64,000 bases of DNA from Candidatus Aldehydirespirator sp. (GCA_965203635.1 OZ241903.1:3047547-3111546), one strand, 5' to 3'. Numbered from the stretch's first letter, positions 16,995 through 26,227 are shown. Made by a program: numbers and translations. The notes: a model not told the origin generated them from the sequence alone.

Positions 16995-18164
16995 TCATCC
17001 CCAAGTAATCGACCATTGGTTCACTTCCAAGTACCCGAGAATAGCCGCAGCGATTAATACTCCAACGATACCCGCCAAGACGATGCCAGTAAAGAGCCAA
17101 GGCCATCGACGCTTCCGCCTTGATGGCTGTCGCCTATCAGTCATGTCATCGGTGATTTCAACCTCGGCGCAAGTTTCTGCCGCCTCCAGACTCTCAGTTA
17201 TGCTCTTCGAGCTGGCGCTTACCTGAGTCAGATTCATATCACTGCAAGCGCCATCATCTGACGCATTTAGCCACACCGCGACCAGCGTCCGGTCGTCATC
17301 ATATGTGTCTCTTGAGAAGTCAAGCTTATGGGCGAATTCGTATATCGAGGGAACTCGATCCATTAGCGTCTCTGCAAACAGTCGCCCGACCTCGCCACTA
17401 CCATCGCCGAGAGGATCCCCGAATCCATCCGTTCCTAGAAGGAGAGCACTCCGACGATTCAACGTTATCTTGGAAACACTAGGCACTTTTGGAACACGTG
17501 GCAATGGAATCACACTAGACATGATGACGCCCTGGAGCGTATCTGGTACGTGTCCTACAATCGCTGCAATATTGTCACCGTCAAGAATCCAGGCACCAGA
17601 ATCCCCGACGCTGACGACTTCAACTACAGCAGTCCTATCCTCTTGAGCGTCGATGACTGCACATATGAGCGTCGTAGCAAGGAGCGACTCGGCACTCTCA
17701 GCATCCTCGGTGCCAAAAACATCAGTCGCCTTCTGGATCATCCCCCACGCGATTTGTTCAATGATGTTCGCCCAATCAATGCAGTCCAGGTCTTCGACCT
17801 CTCGCCCCATCACATGAACTGCATATTGAACTGCTGTCGTGCTTCCTACATGCGACTGAGGAGATTGCGATACACCATCGGCCACAGCTACCAGAAGACG
17901 GCTACCGCCATTATGCACTGTGATAGCAAAATCATCCTGTCGCGGTGTCCCAAAGTATCGGTGGGCATGTCCTCTTAGGGATGCAGCCCTAATCACAAAA
18001 TGGTCATTTTCCCATCCATCGAGAACGGAATCAGCGCGATACGGGTATGGGTGGAAGCGTTCCTCAACGGCACGGGGTTCAATGGAGGGGCCGGGATTGC
18101 CAATCACTACGGGTTCTGACGAAAGCCACTGTCTGGGTTTTGGCACGACGAAATCCTTACCCAA
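16995..18164 (-). CDS. PP2C-family protein phosphatase with C-terminal membrane anchor (TerY-P phosphatase component)
   Basis: 389 aa with TTG start after GGGGAG. PP2C blocks are LLVAVADGVSQS, VVSVGDSGAWIL, LLLGTDGFGDPL and DDRTLVAVWL. The C-terminal hydrophobic helix is WPWLFTGIVLAGIVGVLIAAAILGYL. Confidence 0.8.
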   Translation of the reverse strand: MGKDFVVPKPRQWLSSEPVVIGNPGPSIEPRAVEERFHPYPYRADSVLDGWENDHFVIRAASLRGHAHRYFGTPRQDDFAITVHNGGSRLLVAVADGVSQSPQSHVGSTTAVQYAVHVMGREVEDLDCIDWANIIEQIAWGMIQKATDVFGTEDAESAESLLATTLICAVIDAQEDRTAVVEVVSVGDSGAWILDGDNIAAIVGHVPDTLQGVIMSSVIPLPRVPKVPSVSKITLNRRSALLLGTDGFGDPLGDGSGEVGRLFAETLMDRVPSIYEFAHKLDFSRDTYDDDRTLVAVWLNASDDGACSDMNLTQVSASSKSITESLEAAETCAEVEITDDMTDRRQPSRRKRRWPWLFTGIVLAGIVGVLIAAAILGYLEVNQWSITWG

Positions 18165-18235
18165 GCGGGAGTGACTCCCCTCAAATGAGGGTCAAAGCCG
18201 ACGATATTGCGAGCGTGTCGTGGTCTTTACTGAAT

Positions 18236-18922
18236 CTATACTAGGCCCGTGTCAATCGGGATGAATCCAGTCGGCTCCTTTAGCAGAATATCCGTATTTC
18301 CTTTCTCTGCGGCACGAGCCGATACTATGATCGTATGCGTCAGAATTTCAATAAACTCGGTTATAGCGGCGGCCGGATCCATCTGCTCAGATGCTGTCCA
18401 GGCGTATTTCGTTCCGTCCGGTGCTTCAGTCGCTACATGCTCGATCACGGCTGGAACTGCGTCTCCGAACCCAAACGCGAAGATGTTCGGTCGTGCGCGC
18501 AGGTCGTTGAGCCGATCAAGAATCGACTCCCACCGATCACCAGTATTAGGTTGACCATCAGAAAGAAAGAACACGGCGGGACGAAACACAGCAAATCCGC
18601 CGTCGTTTAGGCGCTTCACATGGTCAGGTATCCTCGATTCAAGCGACTCAAATGCGGCAGCGTAGGACGTAGAGTTTCGGGCATGCAGCTTGGGAACATG
18701 TTCCAAGTCACTGACGTCCTCCAACTCCAGATGCCAGATCCCATCATTGGAAAAGCCAAGCACCGACAAGCGCGCCTTGGAACTGGCAAACGGTTCTAGT
18801 CGTATCTTCTCAATGAGATCTTCTAAGGCACTATTGAGGCGATCTATCACTGCTGACATCGAATAGGACTCGTCTATCACGATATATATTGGAAGCACAC
18901 GTGCTTGCTCTTCATTCGTCAA
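18236..18922 (-). CDS. TerY-like von Willebrand factor A domain protein (TerY-P vWA component)
   Basis: 228 aa. MIDAS motif in IYIVIDESYSMS, with FLSDGQPNTG and IFAFGFGD blocks typical of TerY-type vWA proteins. It is first in a co-directional vWA-PP2C-kinase series. Confidence 0.8.
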   Translation of the reverse strand: MTNEEQARVLPIYIVIDESYSMSAVIDRLNSALEDLIEKIRLEPFASSKARLSVLGFSNDGIWHLELEDVSDLEHVPKLHARNSTSYAAAFESLESRIPDHVKRLNDGGFAVFRPAVFFLSDGQPNTGDRWESILDRLNDLRARPNIFAFGFGDAVPAVIEHVATEAPDGTKYAWTASEQMDPAAAITEFIEILTHTIIVSARAAEKGNTDILLKEPTGFIPIDTGLV

Positions 18923-19021
18923 CTCAGCAATCCTTTCACGTCGAACCGTCCCAGCTATCTATCAGACTACATGATCTTCCCAAGCACATGCAATGGAGTG
19001 GGCCGTGCTCGTCGACAGCCC

Positions 19022-19279
19022 TTACGGCTTGTGGCGATACTTCGGAGGGTCGGGCTTCTTGCCGCGTAGAATCAGCCTTCCCCTTTCGGTCAACTCAGGA
19101 GGCGGGGGGCGACCGGTAACAAACTGTTTGGCCGCTTCCTTGAGATTCTGCTTGAAAGTTGGTCGCCTGACGACCCCCAAGTCCACAGCCGCGTTGTATT
19201 CCTCAGTCGACAGTTTGCCATCCGCCGCCCTCTGTGCCAGATAGGTCTCCTCGGGCGACACTTCGTTGCTATGCGACAT
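19022..19279 (-). CDS. hypothetical small basic protein
   Basis: 85-aa ATG ORF upstream of, and co-directional with, the vWA gene, with island-like composition. No recognisable motif. Confidence 0.4.
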   Translation of the reverse strand: MSHSNEVSPEETYLAQRAADGKLSTEEYNAAVDLGVVRRPTFKQNLKEAAKQFVTGRPPPPELTERGRLILRGKKPDPPKYRHKP

Positions 19280-19420
19280 GCTCTTCGCTCTCTGCCTTGA
19301 CGGATCCTCTGGGTTGTCTCCGAGGATACCTCCTCTATGGCTTGTTGGCGGCGAATGCAGTGACTCCGAGCCGACTCCGAGCCATCTGCAACGTCAATCA
19401 GCGGGTGCCTGCGCCGTCGA

Positions 19421-19996
19421 CTAGTTGTTCTGGGGCCAGGTGGCGGTTAGGCGTTCCCAGCAGTCTTGGAGGCTCTGGGGGAGGACTCTCACATCGGCTA
19501 TGGCGGTCATGAAGTTGGTGTCGGAGCGCCAGCGGGGAAGCACGTGGATGTGGACGTGGTCGAACACGCTGGGGCCGGCGCCCTCGCCCAGGTTGACGCC
19601 TACGTTCACCCCGTCGGGCGAGAAGGCGGCCTTCACCGCGGTGACGGCGTCGTGGACGGTGTCCCACAGCTCGCGGCGCTCGTCCGGGTCGAGGCCCTCA
19701 AGGTCGGGAACAGCCCGGTAGGGCAGGATCAGCAGGTGGCCCGTGGAGTACGGGTAGCGGTTCAGGATGGCGAACACCCGCTCGCCGCGGTGCACGATGT
19801 GTGTCTTGTCGTCGGGCAGGCCCGAGTTGAGGATGGCCTCGAAGAGGCTCTGGCCGTGCCCGCCGTCGGGGCCGGTGCCGGCTCCGGGGACGGTGCCCGG
19901 AATGGTGCCGGAAGAGTCCGCGATCCCGGCGGCGGCCGCCTCCCGGTCCTCCATCATGGCGGGGATCCGCCAGCCGGCCCAGAGGCGCTCGACCAT
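19421..19996 (-). CDS. HIT-family nucleotide hydrolase/phosphorylase (Ap4A-phosphorylase-like)
   Basis: Histidine triad HVHIHVLPRW. The N-terminal ERLWAGWRIPAM motif and the position directly downstream of thrS match the arrangement I recall for mycobacterial Rv2613c/thrS. Confidence 0.85.
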   Translation of the reverse strand: MVERLWAGWRIPAMMEDREAAAAGIADSSGTIPGTVPGAGTGPDGGHGQSLFEAILNSGLPDDKTHIVHRGERVFAILNRYPYSTGHLLILPYRAVPDLEGLDPDERRELWDTVHDAVTAVKAAFSPDGVNVGVNLGEGAGPSVFDHVHIHVLPRWRSDTNFMTAIADVRVLPQSLQDCWERLTATWPQNN

Positions 19997-20061
19997 GTCA
20001 GGACTCCCCCGGCGTACGGGCCGGCACTGTGGGCCGGGGCCGCGTTCGGCGCTCGACCATG

Positions 20062-22050
20062 TCAGCTCCGGGCCTCGACCTCGGCTGCCAGGCGGGCCGC
20101 GAAGGCTTCCAGCGGCACGTCGCGCTCGGGCTTCTTCGTGCCGCGGGCGTTGACCCCGACCGTGCCGCCGGCGACGTCGTCGTCTCCCACCACCAGTACG
20201 TAGGGGACCTTGGCCACCTTGGCGTTGCGGACCCGCTTGCCCAGGGGCTCCTCCGCCGGGCTGGTCTCCACCCTGAAGCCGTGGGAACGCAGGGTCCCGG
20301 CCACCTCGATGGCGTAGTCGGCGTGAGCCGCGGCCACCGGGAGCACTGCGGCCTGCACCGGCGCCAGCCAGGCCGGGAACGCGCCCGCATAGTGCTCGAC
20401 CAGCAAGCCGAAGAAGCGCTCCACCGCACCGAACAGCGCTCGATGGATCATCACGGGACGAGGTCGGGAGCCGTCAGCGGCCACATACTCCAGCCCGAAA
20501 CGCTCGGGCAGGTTGAAGTCGAGCTGGATGGTCGACAGCTGCCACGACCGGCCGATGGCGTCGCGCACGTCGACGTCGATCTTGGGGCCGTAGAAGGCGC
20601 CGGCTCCCTCGTCGATCTTGTAGGCGAGCCCGTTGGTGTCCAGCGCGGCGCGCAGCCCGGCGGTGGCCTCGTCCCACAGCGCCGGCTCCCCCACGGACTT
20701 TTCCGCGGGGCGGGTGGAGAGCTTGGCCACGAAGTCCGTGAAACCGAAGGCCCGAAGCACGCTCAACACGAACTCGAGCAGCGAGGCCAACTCCGCGGCG
20801 ATGTCGTCGCGGGTGCAGAAGATGTGGCTGTCGTCCTGGGTGAATCCCCGGCTGCGGAGCAGGCCGTGCACCGCGCCCGACAGCTCGTAGCGGTAGACCG
20901 TCCCCAACTCGAACAGCCGCATGGGCAGGTCCCGGTAGCTGCGCTGCGACGACCGGTAGATCATCACGTGGAACGGGCAGTTCATCGGCTTGGGGTAGTA
21001 GTTGGTGCCGTCGACCTCCATGGGCGGGTACATGCTCTCGGCGTAGAAGTCGAGGTGCCCGGAGGTCTCCCACAGCACCGACTTGGCGATGTGGGGCGAG
21101 AACACAGACTCGTAGCCGCCTTCGGCGTGGCGCTGGCGGGAGTAGTCCTCCATGAGCGTGCGCACCAGGGCGCCCTTGGGATGCCACACCGCCAGTCCCG
21201 GTCCCAGCTCGGTGGGCCACGACACCAGGTCGAGCTCGGCAGCGAGCCGCCGGTGGTCGCGCCGCTCGGCCTCGGCCAGGCGGTGCAGGTGGGCTTTGAG
21301 GTCTTTGCGGGTGGCCCAGGCGGTGCCGTAGATGCGCTGCAGCATGGGGTTGCGCTCGCTGCCCCGCCAGTAGGCCCCGCTGACCCGCTGCAGGGCGAAG
21401 TGTCCCAGCCGCCCGGTCGAGGGGACGTGGGGTCCCAGGCACAGGTCCACGAATCCGGCCGGGTCGCCGTTGCCGGCGTCGTTGCGGTAGCAGCTGACGC
21501 TGCCGCCCCCCGACACCTCCGAGGCGAGGTCGCCGTCGGCGCCCGCGCCCATGGCCACCGCCTCGATGATGGCCCGCTTGTAGGGGTGCTCCGCGAAGAG
21601 CTCCAAGGCGTCCTCGGCCGCCATCTCGACCCGCCGGAACGGCTGGTCGGCGTCGATGATCTCCCGCATCCGGCCCTCGATGCGCTCCAGGTCGGCGTCG
21701 GTGAAGGTGCCTCCGTCGGGCAGCTCGAAGTCGTAGTAGAAGCCGTGCTCGATGGGCGGCCCGATCGCGAAGGTGGCCCCCGGGTAGAGGTCCAGCACCG
21801 CCTGGGCCAGCACGTGCGCGGTGGAGTGGCGGATGGTGTGCAGCCCCCGGTCCGTCGACGCGGTCACGATCTCCACCGACTCCCCGTCGGCCAGCGGAGC
21901 GACCAGGTCTCTCTCATCGCCGTCCACCACCGCCACCACGGCGTCGGCGGCCAGCCGGGGGCCGATGTCGGCGGCCAGATCGGCCGCGCTGGCACCCTCG
22001 GCCAGCTCACGCTCCGAGCCGTCGGGCAGCGACACCGAGATGACAGACAT
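20062..22050 (-). CDS. thrS: threonine--tRNA ligase
   Basis: 662 aa. It has an N-terminal TGS-like segment (ISVSLPDGSERELAEG), the editing-domain motif HSTAHVLAQAV, class II core motifs (FRRVEM..., YRYELSGAVHGLLRSRGFTQDDSHIF, GAFYGPKID) and a C-terminal anticodon-binding domain. Confidence 0.95.
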   Translation of the reverse strand: MSVISVSLPDGSERELAEGASAADLAADIGPRLAADAVVAVVDGDERDLVAPLADGESVEIVTASTDRGLHTIRHSTAHVLAQAVLDLYPGATFAIGPPIEHGFYYDFELPDGGTFTDADLERIEGRMREIIDADQPFRRVEMAAEDALELFAEHPYKRAIIEAVAMGAGADGDLASEVSGGGSVSCYRNDAGNGDPAGFVDLCLGPHVPSTGRLGHFALQRVSGAYWRGSERNPMLQRIYGTAWATRKDLKAHLHRLAEAERRDHRRLAAELDLVSWPTELGPGLAVWHPKGALVRTLMEDYSRQRHAEGGYESVFSPHIAKSVLWETSGHLDFYAESMYPPMEVDGTNYYPKPMNCPFHVMIYRSSQRSYRDLPMRLFELGTVYRYELSGAVHGLLRSRGFTQDDSHIFCTRDDIAAELASLLEFVLSVLRAFGFTDFVAKLSTRPAEKSVGEPALWDEATAGLRAALDTNGLAYKIDEGAGAFYGPKIDVDVRDAIGRSWQLSTIQLDFNLPERFGLEYVAADGSRPRPVMIHRALFGAVERFFGLLVEHYAGAFPAWLAPVQAAVLPVAAAHADYAIEVAGTLRSHGFRVETSPAEEPLGKRVRNAKVAKVPYVLVVGDDDVAGGTVGVNARGTKKPERDVPLEAFAARLAAEVEARS

Positions 22051-22112
22051 CGACTCCGAGGCTACCGCTGCCCCCTAGTCTGCGGGCTACGCCGATCTGG
22101 TGGGACATGATG

Positions 22113-22137
22113 CGGGGAGCGGCTCAGCCGCTCCCCG
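22113..22137 (-). promoter_or_regulatory. stable 11-bp stem/3-nt loop hairpin in the thrS leader
   Basis: CGGGGAGCGGC-TCA-GCCGCTCCCCG lies 63-87 nt upstream of the thrS start. There is no U-tract on either strand, so it is not a canonical intrinsic terminator. Function unknown. Confidence 0.25.
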
Positions 22138-22347
22138 GGGGTCTCATGCGGACAGAGCCTCGCGGCAGGCTGTCCGGGGCCGAATCTTGTGTCAAGTGTC
22201 TCGTGCAGGGGCGGTCGTACGGGTATCGGCAGCGGGGCGGGGCGAGGCCTCCGAATCCATGTGCGTCCTCGATCCATACATGAGGTCACATAGCCTTTCC
22301 CCTGGCTAATTCGAATACCATAGGTATCAGTCGCCTAGCATATATCC

Positions 22348-24618
22348 ATGTGGTCGGTTCTTGGGAGCGCTCTGGGCCTGCGGCGGATCCGGTGTGTGCA
22401 CACTCGGGGTGCCAGCCGGGGAGCGTCGCGGCTGCTCATCACGGCGGTGACGGCTGCCGCGGTCGTGTCGCTGCTGGCGGCCGCGGCCGCGGCTGAGGAG
22501 ATCAAGCCCGGCGACGACAACAAGGCCGAGCCCAGCTATGGGACCGGCCAGAGCGCGTGCGTGGGCGACGCCGCCAACGATCAGGGCTTCGTCGACGTGC
22601 CCGCCGAGCACACCTTCAAGGTTGCCATCAACTGCTTCGCGTACTACGGCATCACCTCAGGCACCGGCGACGGCACCACGTTCTCGCCGGACGCGGCCGT
22701 CACGGGCGCCCAGATGGCCACGTTCATCGGGCGGGCGGCGCGATTGGTCGGCGTCGATCCCGACGACGTCATCGGCAGCTTCGACACGGCCGCCGCGACA
22801 GTGACCCGCGCCGAGGTGGCCGTGCTGGTCTCGCGGCTGCTGGTTGCGCTGACCGACAAGGAATCCGATCCCAACCTCGAGATAGGCGACTTCGGCGCGG
22901 TGACGATCAACGGGAAGCTGCCCGAGGACTTCTTCAGGGACTCGCGCGACACCCAGCCCCTGCCGATCGACAGCGCGGTCAGCGCGCTGTACGAGCTGGG
23001 CGTCACCAAGGGGCGGCCCGACGGCGGCTTCGCGCCGAACGACGCCGCGACCCGCGCCGACGCGGCCGCGTTGATCACCGGGGCCCTGACCCACAGCCGG
23101 GTCCGCCCCGAGGGGGTCTCGATCCAGCAGGGCATGGGCGACGAGATAGTGATCTCGGTCCGCGACTCGGACTTCGCGCCGGTGGAGGGAGTGGCGATCG
23201 ACGCGTTCAGCGTCTCGACGAGACTCCTCAGCACCACCGCGTTCAAGTCCGACGGCACCTGCGGGACCGTCAAGGTGCCCACCGGCGGCGACGCGGGCTC
23301 GAGATGCAGGATCAGCACCCTCGACCCGGTCACGAACTTCGACGGCGAAGTCGTGCTGCGGGTGGACATCGACGAGCGGGGCGGCACCACTGTGTGGGCC
23401 TGGACCGGCGAGGAGGACGACCGTGTGACCGGCGGCGGGGCGGGACTCGCCCGGATCGACCTCACCGACATCGGCCCGGTCGTCGCGGAGGGCGCCAAGG
23501 TGACCAACGACATCCCCGGGGGGGCGGGCCAGGCCCGTTTCGGCGACACCGTCACCGTCACTGTCCAGCTCACCGGCGCGGGCGACAAGGACGCCCCGCG
23601 TCCCCGCGACGGCGCCTCGTACCGGGTGACGATCTCTGCGGCGGCACCCCCCGGATCGTCCGCCCCGCCGATCGGCTACATACTGCGCGACGACAGCACC
23701 GACACTGCCCGGTTCACCAGCTCCGGCCATTCCACCGATAGACCCACATTCTGGAGCGGAGAAGTGGACAGCACCGGCAAGCTCACATTCACCATCACCG
23801 CTCTGGATCCCCGCTTCGAGGAACCCGACCCCGACGTGCAGATCACCTACCGGGTGGAGAACGGGACCGACAACACCTTGGACCCCCCGACGGGCGCAAC
23901 ATGCACGCTGGATGAAGCGGCCTCCTCGACGATGACGAGGTGTCCCGTCTTCTCCGACGAGGAATCGATGCCCGGCAAGGTTGAGGTCAAGACCTCGGGC
24001 ACGTACCTGTCAGCCAGCGCCTCCACACCCAACACAGCCATAATCACGGCGACCGACCAGTACGGAAAGCCACTGAGCGGTCACAGGGTGATGTTGACGT
24101 CCTCCCTGGGGGAGGGGGTTGAGATCCCCGACCGGCCCGCGTGCACGGGAGGGAACGGTCAAGCCCGGATCACATACCTCTACAAGTCGAATAATGCAGC
24201 GACGGAGACGCTGACGGCCCGGCTCGTGGGCGAGGACGTCGGGGACGGCACGACCCCTAGATGTCGTAATTCACCGCCCTCGGATCCGGACGTGGATGCG
24301 GACACCGCGACCGTCTTCTGGTTGACGGCGCCTGGGCAGCGCGGCCAGGGGAATGTGGGGCTGTCCAGAGTGGATGAGAACATCGTCATCGTGGAGACCG
24401 ATTCCGGGCCGGTCCAGATCTCCTACGATGCGCGGGACTACCTCTATTGGGGAGGCAGTCCGGTCACCCTGGCGATTTTCCAGGATCAGCTAGCCGGGTG
24501 GGAGAAGGACATCGCCGACGGGGAAGCGAACGAAGAAGTCCCCCGCTTCAGGCTCGCGTGGGAACACCTCGGCAGTGCCAGCGGGATCACCGAACTGAAG
24601 CTCACGCGCGCTAGTTAG
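22348..24618 (+). CDS. secreted SLH-domain cell-surface protein with Ig-like domains
   Basis: 756 aa. Signal-like N-terminus (LLITAVTAAAVVSLLAAAAAAEE). Two S-layer-homology-type segments (FVDVPAEHTFKVAINCFAYYGITSGTGDGTTFSPDAAVTGAQMATFIGRAA; IDSAVSALYELGVTKGRPDGGFAPNDAATRADAAALI). A later Big-like segment reads ITATDQYGKPLSGHRVMLTSS. Confidence 0.8.
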   Translation: MWSVLGSALGLRRIRCVHTRGASRGASRLLITAVTAAAVVSLLAAAAAAEEIKPGDDNKAEPSYGTGQSACVGDAANDQGFVDVPAEHTFKVAINCFAYYGITSGTGDGTTFSPDAAVTGAQMATFIGRAARLVGVDPDDVIGSFDTAAATVTRAEVAVLVSRLLVALTDKESDPNLEIGDFGAVTINGKLPEDFFRDSRDTQPLPIDSAVSALYELGVTKGRPDGGFAPNDAATRADAAALITGALTHSRVRPEGVSIQQGMGDEIVISVRDSDFAPVEGVAIDAFSVSTRLLSTTAFKSDGTCGTVKVPTGGDAGSRCRISTLDPVTNFDGEVVLRVDIDERGGTTVWAWTGEEDDRVTGGGAGLARIDLTDIGPVVAEGAKVTNDIPGGAGQARFGDTVTVTVQLTGAGDKDAPRPRDGASYRVTISAAAPPGSSAPPIGYILRDDSTDTARFTSSGHSTDRPTFWSGEVDSTGKLTFTITALDPRFEEPDPDVQITYRVENGTDNTLDPPTGATCTLDEAASSTMTRCPVFSDEESMPGKVEVKTSGTYLSASASTPNTAIITATDQYGKPLSGHRVMLTSSLGEGVEIPDRPACTGGNGQARITYLYKSNNAATETLTARLVGEDVGDGTTPRCRNSPPSDPDVDADTATVFWLTAPGQRGQGNVGLSRVDENIVIVETDSGPVQISYDARDYLYWGGSPVTLAIFQDQLAGWEKDIADGEANEEVPRFRLAWEHLGSASGITELKLTRAS

Positions 24619-24706
24619 GCGGCCCGTGACCGCGCCCGGGGGCTGGCAGCCGGGCGGTGGTCGCCGCCCGACGGCCCGGGCCCCGGGCATGACCGGCTGA
24701 GGCAGA

Positions 24707-26227
24707 TCAGGCCGAGATCTCGACGGTCACCGCCTTGATGATGGTGATCAGGGTCGGCTGGAACAATTTGGTGAAGTCGACGACGCCGACCGCGGCGATG
24801 ATGATCACCCCGCCCGCGGGGACGTTGACCGGCATGTCCAGGCGGAACGACCCGTTGTCGGCCACGTTCACCGCGACGAGGGTCTTGTTGATGTTGTCCC
24901 GCGCGCTGTCTCGCAGGAGGTCGTCGGACGCGTACACGGTCGACAGGTCCTGGGAGCCCTCGTCGGCGGTCGATATGCCGGCTTGGGCGTGCAGGCCGTC
25001 GGAGTCGCACTGACGGAAGAACTCCAGCTCTCCCTGGCTGGGCACGAGGCAGCTGGTCACGAGCAGCACGGGATTGTTGGCGACGCCGGCCGGGGTGGTG
25101 TGCAGGCCGGTCCAGTTCGTGCCGACCAACGTGAACGTCTGCGGTCCGGCCCCGTCGACCGAGGTGACCGGTGCCGACGTGTCTCCCTGGAGGTAGACGG
25201 TGAGCGTGGGCCTCCAGGGGTCGACGGTGACGGTTACCTCGATGGTGTCGTCGGTCTGCGCGGGCTGCTCGGTGTTGCCGTCGGCGTCCTTGCCGTCGGA
25301 GACCTCGACGGTGAGCGTGTAGGTGGCCTTGGTGGCGTAGTCCAGCGCGGCCCTCGTCTGGATCTGGCCCGTGAAGAGGTCGATCGCGAAGGACGCGGCG
25401 TCGGCGCCGGAGATGCTGTAGATCAGCAGGTCGCCGTCGGCATCGCCGGCCGTCACCGGGTCGCCCACCGGGTCGCCCGTCGATGCGTTCTCGACGACGC
25501 GGCGGGCCGCCGAGTCGCCCTCATCGAAGGCCGGCGCCTGGTTGACCGCCGGATCGCCGCCGTCGCCGGTACCGCCGCTGTCGTCGGTGCCGCCGCTGTC
25601 GTCGCCATCGGGCTCGGGCACCTCAACCTCCGGCTCAGGCTCAGGCTCGGCCACTTCCGGCTCAGGCTCGGGCTCGGTCACTTCCGGCTCAGGCTCGGGC
25701 TCAGCTACCTCGGGCTCCGGGGCAGGATCAGGCTCGACCACCTCAGGCTCCGGCTCGACCACCTCAGGCTCCGGCTCCGGCTCAGCCACCTCAGGCTCAG
25801 CTACCTCGGTCTCCGGCTCCGGCTCAGCCACCTCAGGCTCAGCTACCTCGGTCTCCGGCTCCGGCTCAGCCACCTCAGGCTCCGGCTCAGCCACCTCAGG
25901 CTCGGGCTCCAGCTCCGGCTCGGCCGCCTCAGGCTCAGGCTCGGGCTCGGGCTCCGGCTCGACCGCCTCAGGCTCGGGCTCCGGCTCGGCCGCCTCAGGC
26001 TCGGGGTCCGGCTCGGGGACCTCGGGCTCGGACTCCGCTTCGGGCTCGACCGCCTCTGGATCGGGCTGCTGGGCCGTCGTCTGCCCTCCGCCGGCCGGGT
26101 CCGGCGAGTCGCCGCCGCATGCTGCCGCGATCAACGCCAGCGCAAGGAACACGGCCAGTAGGCCGCGCCGCGGCAGCGGTGCCGCCGGGCGGGCCCCGGG
26201 GCGACGGAGCGTGTCTACGGTGTTCAT
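24707..26227 (-). CDS. lipoprotein with PE-rich linker, one cadherin-like domain and a Cys-pair C-terminal domain paralogous to part of the giant protein
   Basis: ATG 26227 follows AGGAGG. Signal plus lipobox [17 protein letters not shown]. About 160 aa of (E-P-E-P-E-V/A) repeats follow. The cadherin-like segment is [71 protein letters not shown]. The C-terminal ~170 aa matches giant-protein residues encoded at about 35.9-36.4 kb. Confidence 0.8.
   Translation of the reverse strand: MNTVDTLRRPGARPAAPLPRRGLLAVFLALALIAAACGGDSPDPAGGGQTTAQQPDPEAVEPEAESEPEVPEPDPEPEAAEPEPEPEAVEPEPEPEPEPEAAEPELEPEPEVAEPEPEVAEPEPETEVAEPEVAEPEPETEVAEPEVAEPEPEPEVVEPEPEVVEPDPAPEPEVAEPEPEPEVTEPEPEPEVAEPEPEPEVEVPEPDGDDSGGTDDSGGTGDGGDPAVNQAPAFDEGDSAARRVVENASTGDPVGDPVTAGDADGDLLIYSISGADAASFAIDLFTGQIQTRAALDYATKATYTLTVEVSDGKDADGNTEQPAQTDDTIEVTVTVDPWRPTLTVYLQGDTSAPVTSVDGAGPQTFTLVGTNWTGLHTTPAGVANNPVLLVTSCLVPSQGELEFFRQCDSDGLHAQAGISTADEGSQDLSTVYASDDLLRDSARDNINKTLVAVNVADNGSFRLDMPVNVPAGGVIIIAAVGVVDFTKLFQPTLITIIKAVTVEISA
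25590..26060 (-). repeat. coding low-complexity tandem repeats (EPEPEV-type), including an exact 42-bp tandem duplication at 25781..25864
   Basis: GGCTCNGGCTC periodicity is visible directly. The unit ctcagccacctcaggctcagctacctcggtctccggctccgg occurs twice in tandem, followed by an 18-nt partial third copy (to 25882). Confidence 0.9.

Larger units (their letters stand above)
12780..19400. other. lower-GC genomic island (boundaries approximate)
   Basis: Base composition drops visibly to roughly half G+C, against about two-thirds or more in the flanks. Codon usage shifts to A/T-ending codons in all five ORFs. The island is flanked by core genes (xdh; HIT/thrS). No integrase or transposase ORF was recognised. 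Confidence 0.6.

Noticed and set aside
19362-19383. Tandem 11-bp duplication GACTCCGAGCC x2 near the right island boundary
   Set aside because: I found no matching copy at the left boundary, so it cannot be supported as an att site. It is noted only as a possible slippage event.
24619-24706. Search for a bidirectional terminator between the convergent SLH and lipoprotein genes
   Set aside because: Only a short GC palindrome (GCCCGGG-C-CCCGGGC) with an impossible 1-nt loop and no T-tract was found. This is not convincing.
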